Assembly (NCBI GenBank): GCA_964643995.1
Contig: CAZXUJ010000001.1
Location: 141,795 to 205,794 of the forward strand
Source: an uncultured Candidatus Saccharibacteria bacterium
GTDB taxonomy: Bacteria; Patescibacteriota; WWE3; UBA101185; UBA10185
Direction: 5' to 3'
DNA length: 64,000 nt
Shown here: positions 27,935 to 38,552 of the stretch, in pieces
Layout of the letters: each line of letters begins with the position of its first letter
How positions within the stretch are numbered: the first letter of the stretch is position 1
Position numbers and translations under genes: made by a program
The notes under the pieces: generated by a model
Databases searched by the model: none
The model's input: the letters and a program-made list of their open reading frames with translations, nothing else
What the model was told of the DNA's origin: nothing

Positions 27935-30755
27935 CAATTACATCCAAATTGTGCTCTATAACAAGGATAGTATGCCCCTTAGACTGCAACCTCTTAATAA
28001 TAGCGATTAAACGCTCTAGATCCTTAAAGTGCAATCCGGTAGTTGGCTCGTCTAAAATGTACAAAGTACTTCCACGAGAATTCTTTGCTAGTTCAGACGC
28101 CAATTTAACGCGCTGCGCCTCACCACCCGATAGCGTTGGAGCAGGCTGCCCGAGTCTGATATAGCCCAGCCCTACGTCGTATATCGTTTGAAGCTTACTG
28201 TGTATCGCAGGTATGTTTTCAAAAAATTCCAAAGATTCCTCAACAGTCATCTGCAAAACATCACTAATATTTTTACCCTTATAGTAAATTTCTAACGCCT
28301 CACGATTATACCTTTTACCTTCACATACCTCACAATTTACGTATACATCAGGCATAAACTGCATCTCAATTTTAATTTGACCCTCCCCTGCACAAGCCTC
28401 ACAACGACCACCTTTAACATTAAAACTAAATCGGCCCGCCTTGTACCCTCTGATTCGAGACTCTTGAGTTTTGGAAAATAGATCCCTAATGGCATCAAAA
28501 CACTTGGTGTATGTTGCAGGGTTAGACTTTGGTGTTCGCCCAATCGGCGTCTGGTCAATGGCAATAATCTTATCTATATTATCTAGCCCATCAATGTGCT
28601 TGAAAGGCTCAGGTCGGCTTTCGATTTTCATACCAAAATACTGCCTGAGAGCGGTATATAAAGTATCCATAATTAATGTAGACTTACCTGAACCGGAAAC
28701 TCCGGTGACACAAATGAATTTGCCTAGAGGGAGTTCGACTGTTACGTTTTTCAAATTACGTCCTGTAGCCCCCATTATTTTTAAGGTCTTGTCTGAGTGC
28801 TTCATCTCCACCGAATTAGTATTCTTAGCTTTTGACGAGTCTAATTTACCAACAACTTTTTTACCAGACAAATAATCACCAGTAATAGAATTTTTGTCAT
28901 TCATAACCTCTTGTGGTGTACCAAAAGACATTACTCTACCGCCATGCTCACCCGCACCAGGACCAAAATCAAAAAGGTAATCACTCTCAAGCATTGTATC
29001 CATGTCATGTTCAACGACCACAACTGTGTTGCCAAGATCTCTTAGGTGTTTTAGGGTTTTTATCAATTTCCCCTGGTCTCTTTGATGTAAGCCAATGGAA
29101 GGTTCATCTAATACGTAAAGAACTCCCGATAAACCAGAACCAATCTGAGAAGCTAATCTTATTCTTTGAGCCTCACCGCCAGATAGATGAGATGCAGACC
29201 GACTCAAACTTAAATAACTTAAACCTACATCTAACAAAAACTTTATCCGGTAAGTGATTTCCTTCATTATCGGAATAGAAATTTTTTCTTCGCGCTCATT
29301 GAAAGTCTTTTTCACTTCTTGGATCCAATCCCAGAACTGTTCAATAGACAGCTCGCTGATTTCCCAAATATTCTTGTTATTGATAACAACAGACAAAGAG
29401 TCCTCTTTTAAACGAGAACCTAAACATTTAGGACAAGATTCTTTCACCATAAATTTTTCTATCTCAGCACGAATATAGTCTGATTTTGTTTCTTTATAGC
29501 GACGTAACATATGAGGTATTACACCTTCAAATTTGGCGTTGAAGGTGCCACTATTACCTTCCCGTGTTTGATACTTAACCCTAAACTTTGTCATGCTTTC
29601 TGGGCCATATAATAATAGGCTGAATATCTCTTCTGGGAGTTCTCCAATTGGAGTGTCGAGAGAAAAACCATATTCTTTTGAAACGGAAGTAACTACCATA
29701 GACATCCAAGAATTGTGTTCAAACAACCTCATCCATGGAATAATACCTCCTTCTGCTATCGAAAGATTCTTATTGACGATCAAGTCCTTATCTACATTGA
29801 GTTGGGTTCCCAAACCATCACATGCTGGACAGGCACCATGGGGCGAATTAAACGAGAAGTTACGAGGTTCAATATCAGGCAATGAAATGTTACAAAACGG
29901 GCACGCAAAGTTTTCTGAGAATAAATGGTCTTCTAGATCTGTAGGAACATCTTTAAAATCAAAGTCTTTATCTTTAACAATACTCACCACCACATTACCG
30001 TCACTTAACCTTAAAGCGGCCTCTATTGTCTGATAAGTAGATGATTCAAGTTCCTTTTTATCATTGGGATCTGCGAGTTTAGCTTTGCTGACGACTAACC
30101 TACTAAGTACTGCTTCAATCGTATGCTTATTTGTCTTGATAAGATCAAAATCAGTGTTGAGATTTGTAATCTGCCCATCAATACGCGCACGGGTAATCCC
30201 CTGTTTTCGCAAATTTTCAAAAAGTTTAGAATATTCACCTTTTCGATCACGTACAATTGGTGAAAGGATCATAAGTCTCACACCGCGCTCATTTTTAAAA
30301 TCAGGTGACTCAGAAGAAAGTTGAAAAATCCTCGAGACTATCTGATCTACACTTTGTCGACTTATCTCCCTACCACATTGAGAACAGTGAGGATGCCCAA
30401 CACGCGCATAAAGTAAGCGAAGAAAGTCATATACTTCAGTTATGGTACCTACCGTTGATCTAGGGTTTCTAGAGGCTGTCTTTTGATCAATTGCTATAGC
30501 TGGAGATAATCCCTCAATACTATCAACATCAGGCTTGCCCATAACACCTAAAAACTGACGAGCATATGCCGATAAACTTTCAACATAGCGACGCTGTCCT
30601 TCAGCATATATGGTATCCATAGCTAAAGAAGATTTCCCAGAACCAGAAACACCCGTGAAAACGACGAATTTATATTTAGGAATTTCCAAATCAATGTTTT
30701 TAAGGTTGTGCTCACGAGCACCGCGAACAATAATGTGGTCGATCGAGGAAGTCAT
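27783..30755 (-). CDS. uvrA: Excinuclease ABC subunit A.
   Basis: Two ABC ATPase modules ([29 protein letters not shown] twice) and zinc-finger Cys clusters. 990 aa. Confidence 0.9.
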   Translation of the reverse strand: MTSSIDHIIVRGAREHNLKNIDLEIPKYKFVVFTGVSGSGKSSLAMDTIYAEGQRRYVESLSAYARQFLGVMGKPDVDSIEGLSPAIAIDQKTASRNPRSTVGTITEVYDFLRLLYARVGHPHCSQCGREISRQSVDQIVSRIFQLSSESPDFKNERGVRLMILSPIVRDRKGEYSKLFENLRKQGITRARIDGQITNLNTDFDLIKTNKHTIEAVLSRLVVSKAKLADPNDKKELESSTYQTIEAALRLSDGNVVVSIVKDKDFDFKDVPTDLEDHLFSENFACPFCNISLPDIEPRNFSFNSPHGACPACDGLGTQLNVDKDLIVNKNLSIAEGGIIPWMRLFEHNSWMSMVVTSVSKEYGFSLDTPIGELPEEIFSLLLYGPESMTKFRVKYQTREGNSGTFNAKFEGVIPHMLRRYKETKSDYIRAEIEKFMVKESCPKCLGSRLKEDSLSVVINNKNIWEISELSIEQFWDWIQEVKKTFNEREEKISIPIMKEITYRIKFLLDVGLSYLSLSRSASHLSGGEAQRIRLASQIGSGLSGVLYVLDEPSIGLHQRDQGKLIKTLKHLRDLGNTVVVVEHDMDTMLESDYLFDFGPGAGEHGGRVMSFGTPQEVMNDKNSITGDYLSGKKVVGKLDSSKAKNTNSVEMKHSDKTLKIMGATGRNLKNVTVELPLGKFICVTGVSGSGKSTLIMDTLYTALRQYFGMKIESRPEPFKHIDGLDNIDKIIAIDQTPIGRTPKSNPATYTKCFDAIRDLFSKTQESRIRGYKAGRFSFNVKGGRCEACAGEGQIKIEMQFMPDVYVNCEVCEGKRYNREALEIYYKGKNISDVLQMTVEESLEFFENIPAIHSKLQTIYDVGLGYIRLGQPAPTLSGGEAQRVKLASELAKNSRGSTLYILDEPTTGLHFKDLERLIAIIKRLQSKGHTILVIEHNLDVIANADWVVDLGPEGGSLGGELIFSGPVSELLKNKRSYTGEALRKLKSHKLK

Positions 30756-30768
30756 AATTTTACAAGTT

Positions 30769-30793
30769 TACGGCATTTATTCGGGTTTGACAA
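30769..30793 (-). promoter_or_regulatory. uvrA promoter with embedded TACGG-N6-TTCGG direct repeat (candidate LexA operator).
   Basis: On the minus strand: TTGTCA, a 17-nt spacer, then TAAACT, 9 nt upstream of the ATG. The repeat occupies the spacer. Confidence 0.35.
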
Positions 30794-30809
30794 GATTTGA
30801 GATAGAAAA

Positions 30810-31244
30810 CTATTCACCACAATCTAATATTAGTTGTTGACCTACTGATAAACGTGCCCTGTGGATGTTTAGATTGTTTGCCTTGGCCAAATATTTGTAT
30901 TTTTCGCCATCCCCACATGCCCTTTTTGCTACATGCCATAGACCCTCACCTTTTTCAACTGTTACGTATTCGCTGGTATCAAACACAGAGTCTTTTGCTA
31001 AAACTTCTTCCTCTGAATTTTCAACAAGATCTGGAAGTTGTGGAGTAGAACCTCGACGCAGTTCATTTATGAATGTTTTATCACTAGGAGTCGAGTTGAA
31101 GTACCAAACACTAAACACCGAAACCAAAACTAATATCACAATACCCGTAACAAGGTTTTTGAAACTGGCATTTGGATTTTCTTTTTTGATAATATCTACC
31201 AGTTCATCAAATTTAGCTTTTATTCTATCCAACTCAATCATCAT
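30810..31244 (-). CDS. LysM domain membrane protein.
   Basis: N-terminal TM and a C-terminal LysM ([27 protein letters not shown]...GQQL). The start was chosen at MMIELD. The longest ORF extends to 31310 and would overlap the PBP gene. Confidence 0.55.
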   Translation of the reverse strand: MMIELDRIKAKFDELVDIIKKENPNASFKNLVTGIVILVLVSVFSVWYFNSTPSDKTFINELRRGSTPQLPDLVENSEEEVLAKDSVFDTSEYVTVEKGEGLWHVAKRACGDGEKYKYLAKANNLNIHRARLSVGQQLILDCGE

Positions 31245-33528
31245 CTTTTTCCGTAGACCTTTTTGAACAAATATTGCTCGGGATTTTAAAGTTACTATTG
31301 AAAACTTCAAACTTGTTAGGACACTTGCTGTTTTCTTTTATAACAATATCCTCTGGGATAGGAAACTTTTCATCGTCCATACCCTGTAACAATGTTACCA
31401 TTATTTTATTCCAAATTGGAGCTGCTCCAGTTAAACCTGACGCCAACCTAGAATCCATTGTACTATTGTCGTTGTTTCCAACCCAAACACCAACAGTATA
31501 TGATGGTGTATAGCCTACAGTGAAATTATCACGTATCTCATTAGTCGTACCTGTTTTTACAGCTACAGTTTTTTCGGGTATATATAACTGGCTTCTTGAG
31601 CCGAATGCTGGTGTTCGAGCAGTGTTATCGGACAATATACTTGTGATGATATACGCTGTTTCATCAGACATAACTTCTTTTTCACCGTAGTCGAGAACAC
31701 TCATAATTTCATAACCATAAATATCCTTAACATTAAGAAATGGGCTTACGTTTCTGTACTTACCTTGACGAGCAAACGTGGCATAAACATTAGTAAGGTC
31801 CAGGAGTCTTACCTCTTTGCCACCCAATGTTATAGCCATACCGTACGTACCATCTCCAACAACCCAGTTTTTCAAGCCTAAATCTATACCAAACTGAACC
31901 ATTTTATCAACCCCAACAACATTAACGAGCTTCACAGCGGGAATATTGTATGAATTTGCTAAAGCTTGTCGCAGGGAGACCTTTCCATGATATTTGTTGT
32001 CGTAATTCTTCGGGGTATACTTCTGACCTGAAAATTGATACGTAATTGGGCTATCGTCTACCAACGTAGCTGCAGTATGGCCTTGTTCAAATGCCAAGGC
32101 ATAAGTTATAGGTTTTATTGAAGAGCCAGGCTGTCTGTAAGCAGTTACAACATCAAACTTACCACCATCCTCGTCGAAGAAGTCTACAGAACCTACATAC
32201 GCCAAGATTTGTCCGGTTCTAGAGTCCATAACAACAGCAGCACCATTTGAAAAATCCAACTCTTTACCATTTAGACGGACTTCTTCAGTTACAATATCTT
32301 GAACTTTATCCTGTAAATCCAGATCGAGTGTAGTTGTAACTGTGAGACCCCCAAAATCAACGGCACGCTGACCGAGCTTTGTGTACAATTCCTGACGTAC
32401 ATAATTCACAAAATGTGGTGCACGAATAGGTTCTTCCTGAGAGCGAAATGTTAACTCCTTATCATAAGCAACCTCAGCTTCAAAACGGGTTATATAACCC
32501 AAAACAACCATTCTTTCTAGCACCTGACGCTGACGTTTTTTTGCCATTGTAGTATCACCCTGCAATGGGGAATAAAGAGTAGGTGCATTAGGTAACCCTG
32601 CTAACATACTAGACTCAGCCAAATCTAGTTCCCAAACATTTTTTCCGAAATACTTTTGCGCGGCAGCCTGTATCCCATATGCTGTCCCACCGTAAGGGAT
32701 GTTATTTAAATAAAATTCGAGAATCTCATTCTTTGTATATTTCTGTTCAACTGAAATCGCCAACGCAAGCTCTTTAATTTTTCTTTCATAGGTACGTTCT
32801 GGTGTTAGGAGAACTGTTTTTATTAGCTGCTGGGTAATAGTAGAACCACCCTGAAGCTCATCTTCCAAAAAGGTACTTTTTGCTGCGCGTATGATACTTC
32901 GAACATCAAATCCAGGGTGTGAATAGAAAGAAGCATCTTCAATTGCCAAGGTGGCATTTATGACATCATCTGGAACCTGTTTTAGAGGTACAGGCTCTGA
33001 TTTTCTATCAATATAAATTTCATACAAAGCCTTTCCATTTCTATCAAGTATTTTAGTTGCAGTACTTTGCGTTTGTCGACTGATTAAATCCGGGGATGGT
33101 AACTGCTTATACCACAGATAAACTCCAAACGGTACAGCAAGAAACATTATGGCAAAAACACAACCAATCAAAAATGTTAAGAGTATTTTAAGTTTTAAAT
33201 ACTTAACACCAGTTTGAGATTTTTTCTGGGCTTGCCGCTGTTTATGACGTTTACTTCGAAGTCTTTGTGCATGAATACGTTTGTACCTTATACGTAATAC
33301 TGCAGTAAACCAAATATAACTGCTAACAGCGTTGTTCAAAATCAGGCGAGGCAATCCCAGTATTTTGCCTCTGTCTACGTGTCTCAAATTCTTCAAAAAA
33401 ACACCAAGTCTTTCAATCGGAAACATAATTACGTAACCCAAGAGTATTAATGAGTTTAAAACAGACAAAAAAACCCTTGAAAAAGGGCTTTTCCTATTGA
33501 TAATGTGATTTTCATCTTTTTCGGGCAT
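31234..33528 (-). CDS. Class A penicillin-binding protein (GT51 transglycosylase plus transpeptidase).
   Basis: GT51 block (ATLAIEDASFYSHPGFD, RGGSTITQQL) and transpeptidase blocks (SSIKP, KTGTT). Arg-rich cytoplasmic N-tail, then a TM. Confidence 0.85.
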   Translation of the reverse strand: MPEKDENHIINRKSPFSRVFLSVLNSLILLGYVIMFPIERLGVFLKNLRHVDRGKILGLPRLILNNAVSSYIWFTAVLRIRYKRIHAQRLRSKRHKQRQAQKKSQTGVKYLKLKILLTFLIGCVFAIMFLAVPFGVYLWYKQLPSPDLISRQTQSTATKILDRNGKALYEIYIDRKSEPVPLKQVPDDVINATLAIEDASFYSHPGFDVRSIIRAAKSTFLEDELQGGSTITQQLIKTVLLTPERTYERKIKELALAISVEQKYTKNEILEFYLNNIPYGGTAYGIQAAAQKYFGKNVWELDLAESSMLAGLPNAPTLYSPLQGDTTMAKKRQRQVLERMVVLGYITRFEAEVAYDKELTFRSQEEPIRAPHFVNYVRQELYTKLGQRAVDFGGLTVTTTLDLDLQDKVQDIVTEEVRLNGKELDFSNGAAVVMDSRTGQILAYVGSVDFFDEDGGKFDVVTAYRQPGSSIKPITYALAFEQGHTAATLVDDSPITYQFSGQKYTPKNYDNKYHGKVSLRQALANSYNIPAVKLVNVVGVDKMVQFGIDLGLKNWVVGDGTYGMAITLGGKEVRLLDLTNVYATFARQGKYRNVSPFLNVKDIYGYEIMSVLDYGEKEVMSDETAYIITSILSDNTARTPAFGSRSQLYIPEKTVAVKTGTTNEIRDNFTVGYTPSYTVGVWVGNNDNSTMDSRLASGLTGAAPIWNKIMVTLLQGMDDEKFPIPEDIVIKENSKCPNKFEVFNSNFKIPSNICSKRSTEKDDD

Positions 33529-33595
33529 ATGCGTACACGAAAACTCTGCACATTATAATTTTCACTACAGGTTAAGTCAATCGGGAGGACAAAAG

Positions 33596-35671
33596 TTATT
33601 CGAGATATTTCTTTACCTTTTTTATTTCATCTCGAATCACAGCAGCTCTTTCAAAGTTTAGCATATCAGCTTCATATGTCATTGCTTTTTCCATTTTTGC
33701 AATTTCTTTCTTGATCTCTGGTGGGGGCAACTGGGAGTAGTCCACATCTACAGCATACCTAAGCCTCTTTGTTTTATCCAACTGCTGTTCAATCAACTCA
33801 TCGACAAGTTTCTCTCGCATTGGTTTATGAATACTCTTCGGCTCTATATTGTGCTGTTTATTGTAGTTGGATTGGATTTCACGTCGGCGATCAACTTCAG
33901 CAATTGCACGTTTCATACTTCCGGTAATGTTGTCAGCGTACATGATAACTTCACCATCCATATGTCTGGCAGCTCTACCCATAGTTTGGATCAAAGCCGA
34001 TTCGGAACGTAGAAAACCCTCCTTGTCAGCGTCTAATATAGCCACCAAAGAAACCTCAGGCAAATCTAAACCTTCACGTAAAAGATTGATACCTACGAGA
34101 ACATCATAATTACCCCGTCTAAGATCGTCCAAGATTGTTGTTCTTTCAAGGGTATCAATGTCCGAATGTAAGTAAGTAACTTTTACACCTTTTTCCAACA
34201 AATATGATGAGAGCTCCTCAGACATTCTTTTAGTTAAAGTTGTAACAAGCACACGTTCTTTCTTTGAGACCTTATCTAAAATCCTAGCTAACAGATCTTC
34301 GACCTGATTATTTGTAGGAAGCAGTGTGACTTTTGGATCAGTAATACCTGTTGGTCTTATCAATTGCTCTGCTACATGCCCCAAAGAACGTTCGAGTTCC
34401 CATACGTTAGGGGTAGCGCTTACATAAACGACTTGGTTAACCTTAGAGATAAATTCATCAAAATTTAGGGGACGATTATCATAAGCTGATGGAAGTCTAA
34501 AACCAAAATCAATCAAGTTTTTTTTGCGAGCTTGGTCACCATTATACATGCCACGAACCTGAGGAATACTGATATGAGACTCATCTACAACCAGTAGATA
34601 ATCCTTAGGAAAAAAATCCAGCAACGAATATGGAGCATCACCAGGTTTACGCCCATCAAAGTAACGGGAATAATTCTCAATTCCTTTGCAGTACCCAATT
34701 TCTTTAATCATTTCTAGATCATACATAGTTTTTTGCTTTAAACGATAAGCTTCCACAACTTTACCTTCGGTTTCCAATTCTTTAACTCGTAATGAAAGGT
34801 CCTTTTCTATATTTGCAAGAGATTCATCACGACGTTCTTCTGCGGTGACGTAATGTTTAGCAGGATAAATAACTGCCCAACCACCTTCCTTTTGGCGATG
34901 CTCGGTAAAATTTTGTTCGTCTTGGGTGAGAATTCTTGCACTTCCCCCACGACGCTCCGTAGGTAACATATCACGAAGTATGGGCTGTCCAGTTAGTGGA
35001 TCAAAATGAGTTATATCCTCAATTTGATTATCGAAAAGTTCAATGCGTACAGCATAATCCGTATAGGCAGGATATATATCAACCACATCTCCTTGAACAC
35101 GATAATCGCCACGTTTAAAATCAAACTCGTTTCGATCATAGTAGAGTTGAGAAAATCTCTTTAGCAAGTCAGACTTACGTATCTTCATGCCCTTTTTGAG
35201 TTCAATGGCTACTTTTGAATATTCAGCAGGAGAACCAAGGTTATAAATACAAGATACAGAAGAAACTATAATTACATCTTTACGTGTCATCAAAGAAGTT
35301 GTAGCCGAAAGTCTAAGTTTATCTATTTCTTCATTTATATCAGCATCTTTTTCAATATAGGTATCAGTTTGTGGAACATAACTTTCAGGTTGGTAATAAT
35401 CATAATAGCTAACAAAATACTCAACAGCATTCTCAGGAAAAAACTCTTTTAATTCTTGATAATTTTGCGCAGCTAGCGTTTTGTTATGGCATAAAAACAA
35501 AGTTGGACGTTGCGTGTTTTGAATAAGGTTAGCAATCGAGAAGGTTTTACCACTACCTGTAACACCCAAAAGTACCTGATCCTTCACTCCTGAAAGAACG
35601 TTCGAGGTTAGTTGTTCAATAGCCTTCGGCTGATCCCCCGTAGGCTTATAATCTGACTTCAAATTAAACAT
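33596..35671 (-). CDS. uvrB: Excinuclease ABC subunit B.
   Basis: Helicase motifs (GVTGSGKT, DESH), a beta-hairpin region and a C-terminal UVR domain. 691 aa. Confidence 0.9.
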   Translation of the reverse strand: MFNLKSDYKPTGDQPKAIEQLTSNVLSGVKDQVLLGVTGSGKTFSIANLIQNTQRPTLFLCHNKTLAAQNYQELKEFFPENAVEYFVSYYDYYQPESYVPQTDTYIEKDADINEEIDKLRLSATTSLMTRKDVIIVSSVSCIYNLGSPAEYSKVAIELKKGMKIRKSDLLKRFSQLYYDRNEFDFKRGDYRVQGDVVDIYPAYTDYAVRIELFDNQIEDITHFDPLTGQPILRDMLPTERRGGSARILTQDEQNFTEHRQKEGGWAVIYPAKHYVTAEERRDESLANIEKDLSLRVKELETEGKVVEAYRLKQKTMYDLEMIKEIGYCKGIENYSRYFDGRKPGDAPYSLLDFFPKDYLLVVDESHISIPQVRGMYNGDQARKKNLIDFGFRLPSAYDNRPLNFDEFISKVNQVVYVSATPNVWELERSLGHVAEQLIRPTGITDPKVTLLPTNNQVEDLLARILDKVSKKERVLVTTLTKRMSEELSSYLLEKGVKVTYLHSDIDTLERTTILDDLRRGNYDVLVGINLLREGLDLPEVSLVAILDADKEGFLRSESALIQTMGRAARHMDGEVIMYADNITGSMKRAIAEVDRRREIQSNYNKQHNIEPKSIHKPMREKLVDELIEQQLDKTKRLRYAVDVDYSQLPPPEIKKEIAKMEKAMTYEADMLNFERAAVIRDEIKKVKKYLE

Positions 35672-35690
35672 TTCTACATTTTACCACAGC

Positions 35691-35711
35691 CTTTGGGTTT
35701 TATTTGGTAAA
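35691..35711 (-). promoter_or_regulatory. uvrB promoter region with TTTGG-N6-TTTGG direct repeat (candidate LexA operator, degenerate).
   Basis: The repeat shows the same 11-bp periodicity. On the minus strand, TAAAAT lies 7 nt upstream of the uvrB ATG. Confidence 0.3.
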
Positions 35712-35822
35712 TATAGCGACTGTAGAAACATGATATTGAAGCCACGAAATGGGTGCCAGCGTAAGGCGTAGGGGTAACATTATAAGCATATTATCAACTC
35801 AGTGAGTAAGGAGACGTAAGAA

Positions 35823-36281
35823 ATGAAACACATACTCTGGTTTTTAATTCTATTGGTTTTGATTGGGTGCTCTGGCAAAGCAAATGAAGTTGTGCAACAA
35901 GCTTCACCGGAGACCACCCAAGAGCAAAAAACCGCCCCTGAGGTTCCCAGTGAAGTAATGGTTTCCCAAGAAGCCGAGACAGCAGTAACGCTGTCACCGG
36001 AAACTCTTGAGTTACTGCGCAGACGAAAGATAGAAATTTACAGCGCGCCTAAAAACGCGGATGGAACCCACCCATATTTTTATATTCATCAATATATCGG
36101 TGGTGACGAGAGGTTTCTCGTACGAGGGACATATCAAGGGAAACCGTTCGGGGTCGTAATGTCCAAATACGACGAAAGGTTAGCGTTCACGTCGCAGGGC
36201 GTTGCGTTGTGCATCACAGAAGTTAAGGAGGATTTTCCCACGTGGGATTGCTTCGAGACTTCGTTGGAGTCATTAGATTAG
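35823..36281 (+). CDS. Lipoprotein, hypothetical.
   Basis: Signal peptide with a lipobox, LIGC|SG. Confidence 0.5.
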   Translation: MKHILWFLILLVLIGCSGKANEVVQQASPETTQEQKTAPEVPSEVMVSQEAETAVTLSPETLELLRRRKIEIYSAPKNADGTHPYFYIHQYIGGDERFLVRGTYQGKPFGVVMSKYDERLAFTSQGVALCITEVKEDFPTWDCFETSLESLD

Positions 36282-36313
36282 TGTATCTGAGCCAAAAAAG
36301 CATGTGTTATGAC

Positions 36314-36340
36314 TTGTGAAATCTTCACAAATATAGTTTT
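36314..36340 (+). terminator. Weak hairpin (TTGTGAA-atc-TTCACAA) followed by a T-rich tract, downstream of the lipoprotein gene.
   Basis: Perfect 7-bp inverted repeat, then ATATAGTTTT. AT-rich stem, so weak. Confidence 0.25.
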
Positions 36341-36382
36341 GACACCTCTACTTTTTTGGCTCTTTTTTTTGCTCACAAAACC

Positions 36383-36411
36383 TTGACATCTTCGGTACTT
36401 ATTCGGTACTA
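36383..36411 (+). promoter_or_regulatory. lexA promoter. The -35 TTGACA is followed by the direct repeat TTCGGTACTTA/TTCGGTACT (candidate LexA operator).
   Basis: TTCGG at 36391 and 36402 with an 11-bp period. The repeat overlaps the spacer and -10 region (GTACTA/TACTAT). Confidence 0.4.
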
Positions 36412-36474
36412 TAAAAATACGAAATAAACCCAAATAAATATAAATTTAAGTGCAATATGCACTGGAGAAAAATA

Positions 36475-37104
36475 ATGAGCCCTATAACCTTGTATAAAAG
36501 ACAAAAACAAATTTTAGATTATATTTCGCAATATATACAAATGAATGGTACTTCACCTACCTTGCAGGAAATTGCAGCAGCTATGGATCTATCGTCGCTC
36601 GCAACTGTACATGAACATTTACAGGCTCTAGAAAAAAAAGGCGTAATTAGAAGATTCGATGGCGCTGTAAGAGGTATTGAGCTTCTTGATCCAAGTATTA
36701 ATGCCTCGCCTACCAGTATTGAGCTTCCATTAATTGGCTATATTGCCGCAGGTGAGCCTATTGAGGCTATTGAAAACGATTTAGAAACCGTAGCTGTATC
36801 ATCAGATTTAGTTTCAAAAGTAAATCGATGCTATGTTCTTATGGTCAGAGGTGACTCCATGATCAAAGAAGGTATATTCGACGGAGATTATGTAGTAATT
36901 CAAAAGCAGGATACTGCAAATAACGGGGACATTGTTGTAGCCCTGATAGACAAGCAATTCGCAACACTAAAAAGTTTCTATAAAGAGAGTAATGGAAAAA
37001 TCAGATTACAACCAGCTAATGACGAGATGGAACCATTGATAGTAGATGCTAGAGACATAACTGTGCAGGGAAAAGTTACTGGAATAATAAGAAAGTATAC
37101 TTAG
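36475..37104 (+). CDS. lexA: SOS repressor LexA.
   Basis: N-terminal winged-helix domain plus an S24 peptidase domain (VRGDSM...TLKSF). The start was chosen at MSPITLYKR. The longest ORF starts at 36457. Confidence 0.85.
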   Translation: MSPITLYKRQKQILDYISQYIQMNGTSPTLQEIAAAMDLSSLATVHEHLQALEKKGVIRRFDGAVRGIELLDPSINASPTSIELPLIGYIAAGEPIEAIENDLETVAVSSDLVSKVNRCYVLMVRGDSMIKEGIFDGDYVVIQKQDTANNGDIVVALIDKQFATLKSFYKESNGKIRLQPANDEMEPLIVDARDITVQGKVTGIIRKYT

Positions 37105-37113
37105 AACTTAGAA

Positions 37114-37812
37114 CTATTTAGATTCGGTATCAGACGTAGACCTGGTTTGCGAAATCTTCTGTAAGATACTTTCCTCACCGTATTTCATTCGGCGATAGTA
37201 AAACCAACCAATCAAACATACCATACCAAGCCCTATCACTATGGTCATGATCGACTCTATACTGTCTAAACCTTCCATCAACACATGAAATGACTCGTAT
37301 CCTACGTACCCAAAATAAAGATAAATAAAATTTCTACCTAAATAACCTAAAAACGAAGCGCTAAGGTAGTTTTTAACATTAAGGTGAAGTAACCCAGCAA
37401 CAACAGAAATTGGCGCTGTTGGAACTATAGGTATAAGTCTGGCTAGAAATACTACTAAAAAATCCTTTTTGCCTTCGCCAAAGTGTTTACTTAAACTTTC
37501 GATGTCGCTTTGCTTGATACCCACAAATCTACCAAACTTTCCAACAAAGAAATCTTCAGCTTTATCAGAAACATAATACAAAATTAAGGAGCCAATAATT
37601 TTGCCTATAGCACCAATCATAGCTAAAACTAACAGATACAAAACTGATTTACCCTGACTACCTGCAACTGATCCCGCAGCAGTCATAACAATAGGAGAAG
37701 GAATAGGGGCAACAATTTCTTCCACAAGAGCACCAATAAAGGTAAATGCCTCCACGGGTATTTTCTGCGAGAGCATCTCAAGTTGTATTGTTAGTTGATT
37801 AATGAAATTCAT
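37114..37812 (-). CDS. DedA/TVP38 family membrane protein.
   Basis: SNARE-associated/VTT domain blocks (GKFGRFVG, LARLIPIVPTAPISVVAG). Confidence 0.7.
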   Translation of the reverse strand: MNFINQLTIQLEMLSQKIPVEAFTFIGALVEEIVAPIPSPIVMTAAGSVAGSQGKSVLYLLVLAMIGAIGKIIGSLILYYVSDKAEDFFVGKFGRFVGIKQSDIESLSKHFGEGKKDFLVVFLARLIPIVPTAPISVVAGLLHLNVKNYLSASFLGYLGRNFIYLYFGYVGYESFHVLMEGLDSIESIMTIVIGLGMVCLIGWFYYRRMKYGEESILQKISQTRSTSDTESK

Positions 37813-37851
37813 GTTAAGTACTAAAACAACGTTTATGATACCATAATAATA

Positions 37852-38550
37852 ATGATCGATCCTGCCGAACTACAAAGACTATATTCAAAATATGGTATGG
37901 ACAAAGTCGAAGAGGCCATTGCATACCTAAGTTATCGAAAAGCGGACCCACTTCCAAAAGAAGAAAAAAACGGTTGTTCCACACTCTATGTGTTTAGACA
38001 CGGACAAACTGTAGACAATGCTAATTATGTCTTCAGCGGATGGAGAGATCCAGATTTAACTGAAACAGGTATTCAACAAGCGGAAGTGTTAGCAGATAAG
38101 TTCAAGGATAAATCTATTCACATGTTGATTGCGTCTGACCAACAACGTGCAATTAAGACTATGCAAATTGCGATGTCAAAAAACCCTTACGCAAAGGAAC
38201 TTGAGATAGTGAAGGATCCACGAATCAAAGAAAAATCATATGGAGATTATCAAGGAAAAAGTAAACTCGAAATGGAGCTTGAAGATCCTGAAAAGGTATT
38301 GGAAATAAGGAGAAACTATTTTGAAGTATCCCCCAATGGTGAGAGTATAGAAATGGTTGTAAAAAGGGTTAACGAGTTCTTGGACGAAATAATACCTTTA
38401 ATGAAGGAACATAAGATCAATGTAGCGGTATCTTGTCATGGAAATTCTATTAGGGGGATTAGACAAAGATTTGAAAAATTAAATAACGAAGAGACTGCAT
38501 TAATAGAAACACCTCTGGGGCAAGACTACGCGGCGTATGCAATTTGCTGA
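37852..38550 (+). CDS. Histidine phosphatase family protein (phosphoglycerate mutase-like).
   Basis: LYVFRHGQT...SGW catalytic His motif and a second His block, CHGNSIRG. Confidence 0.7.
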   Translation: MIDPAELQRLYSKYGMDKVEEAIAYLSYRKADPLPKEEKNGCSTLYVFRHGQTVDNANYVFSGWRDPDLTETGIQQAEVLADKFKDKSIHMLIASDQQRAIKTMQIAMSKNPYAKELEIVKDPRIKEKSYGDYQGKSKLEMELEDPEKVLEIRRNYFEVSPNGESIEMVVKRVNEFLDEIIPLMKEHKINVAVSCHGNSIRGIRQRFEKLNNEETALIETPLGQDYAAYAIC

Positions 38551-38552
38551 GT

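Noticed and set aside
30756-30809. Palindromic LexA box of the Gram-positive (GAAC-N4-GTTC) or E. coli (CTGT-N8-ACAG) type upstream of uvrA, uvrB or lexA.
   Set aside because: Neither consensus occurs in any of the SOS-gene promoters here. The shared element is the direct repeat instead.
36314-36330. The TTGTGAA-atc-TTCACAA palindrome as a LexA or other operator.
   Set aside because: It occurs once only, downstream of the lipoprotein stop, and is followed by a T tract. A weak terminator is the simpler reading, and it is kept at low confidence.
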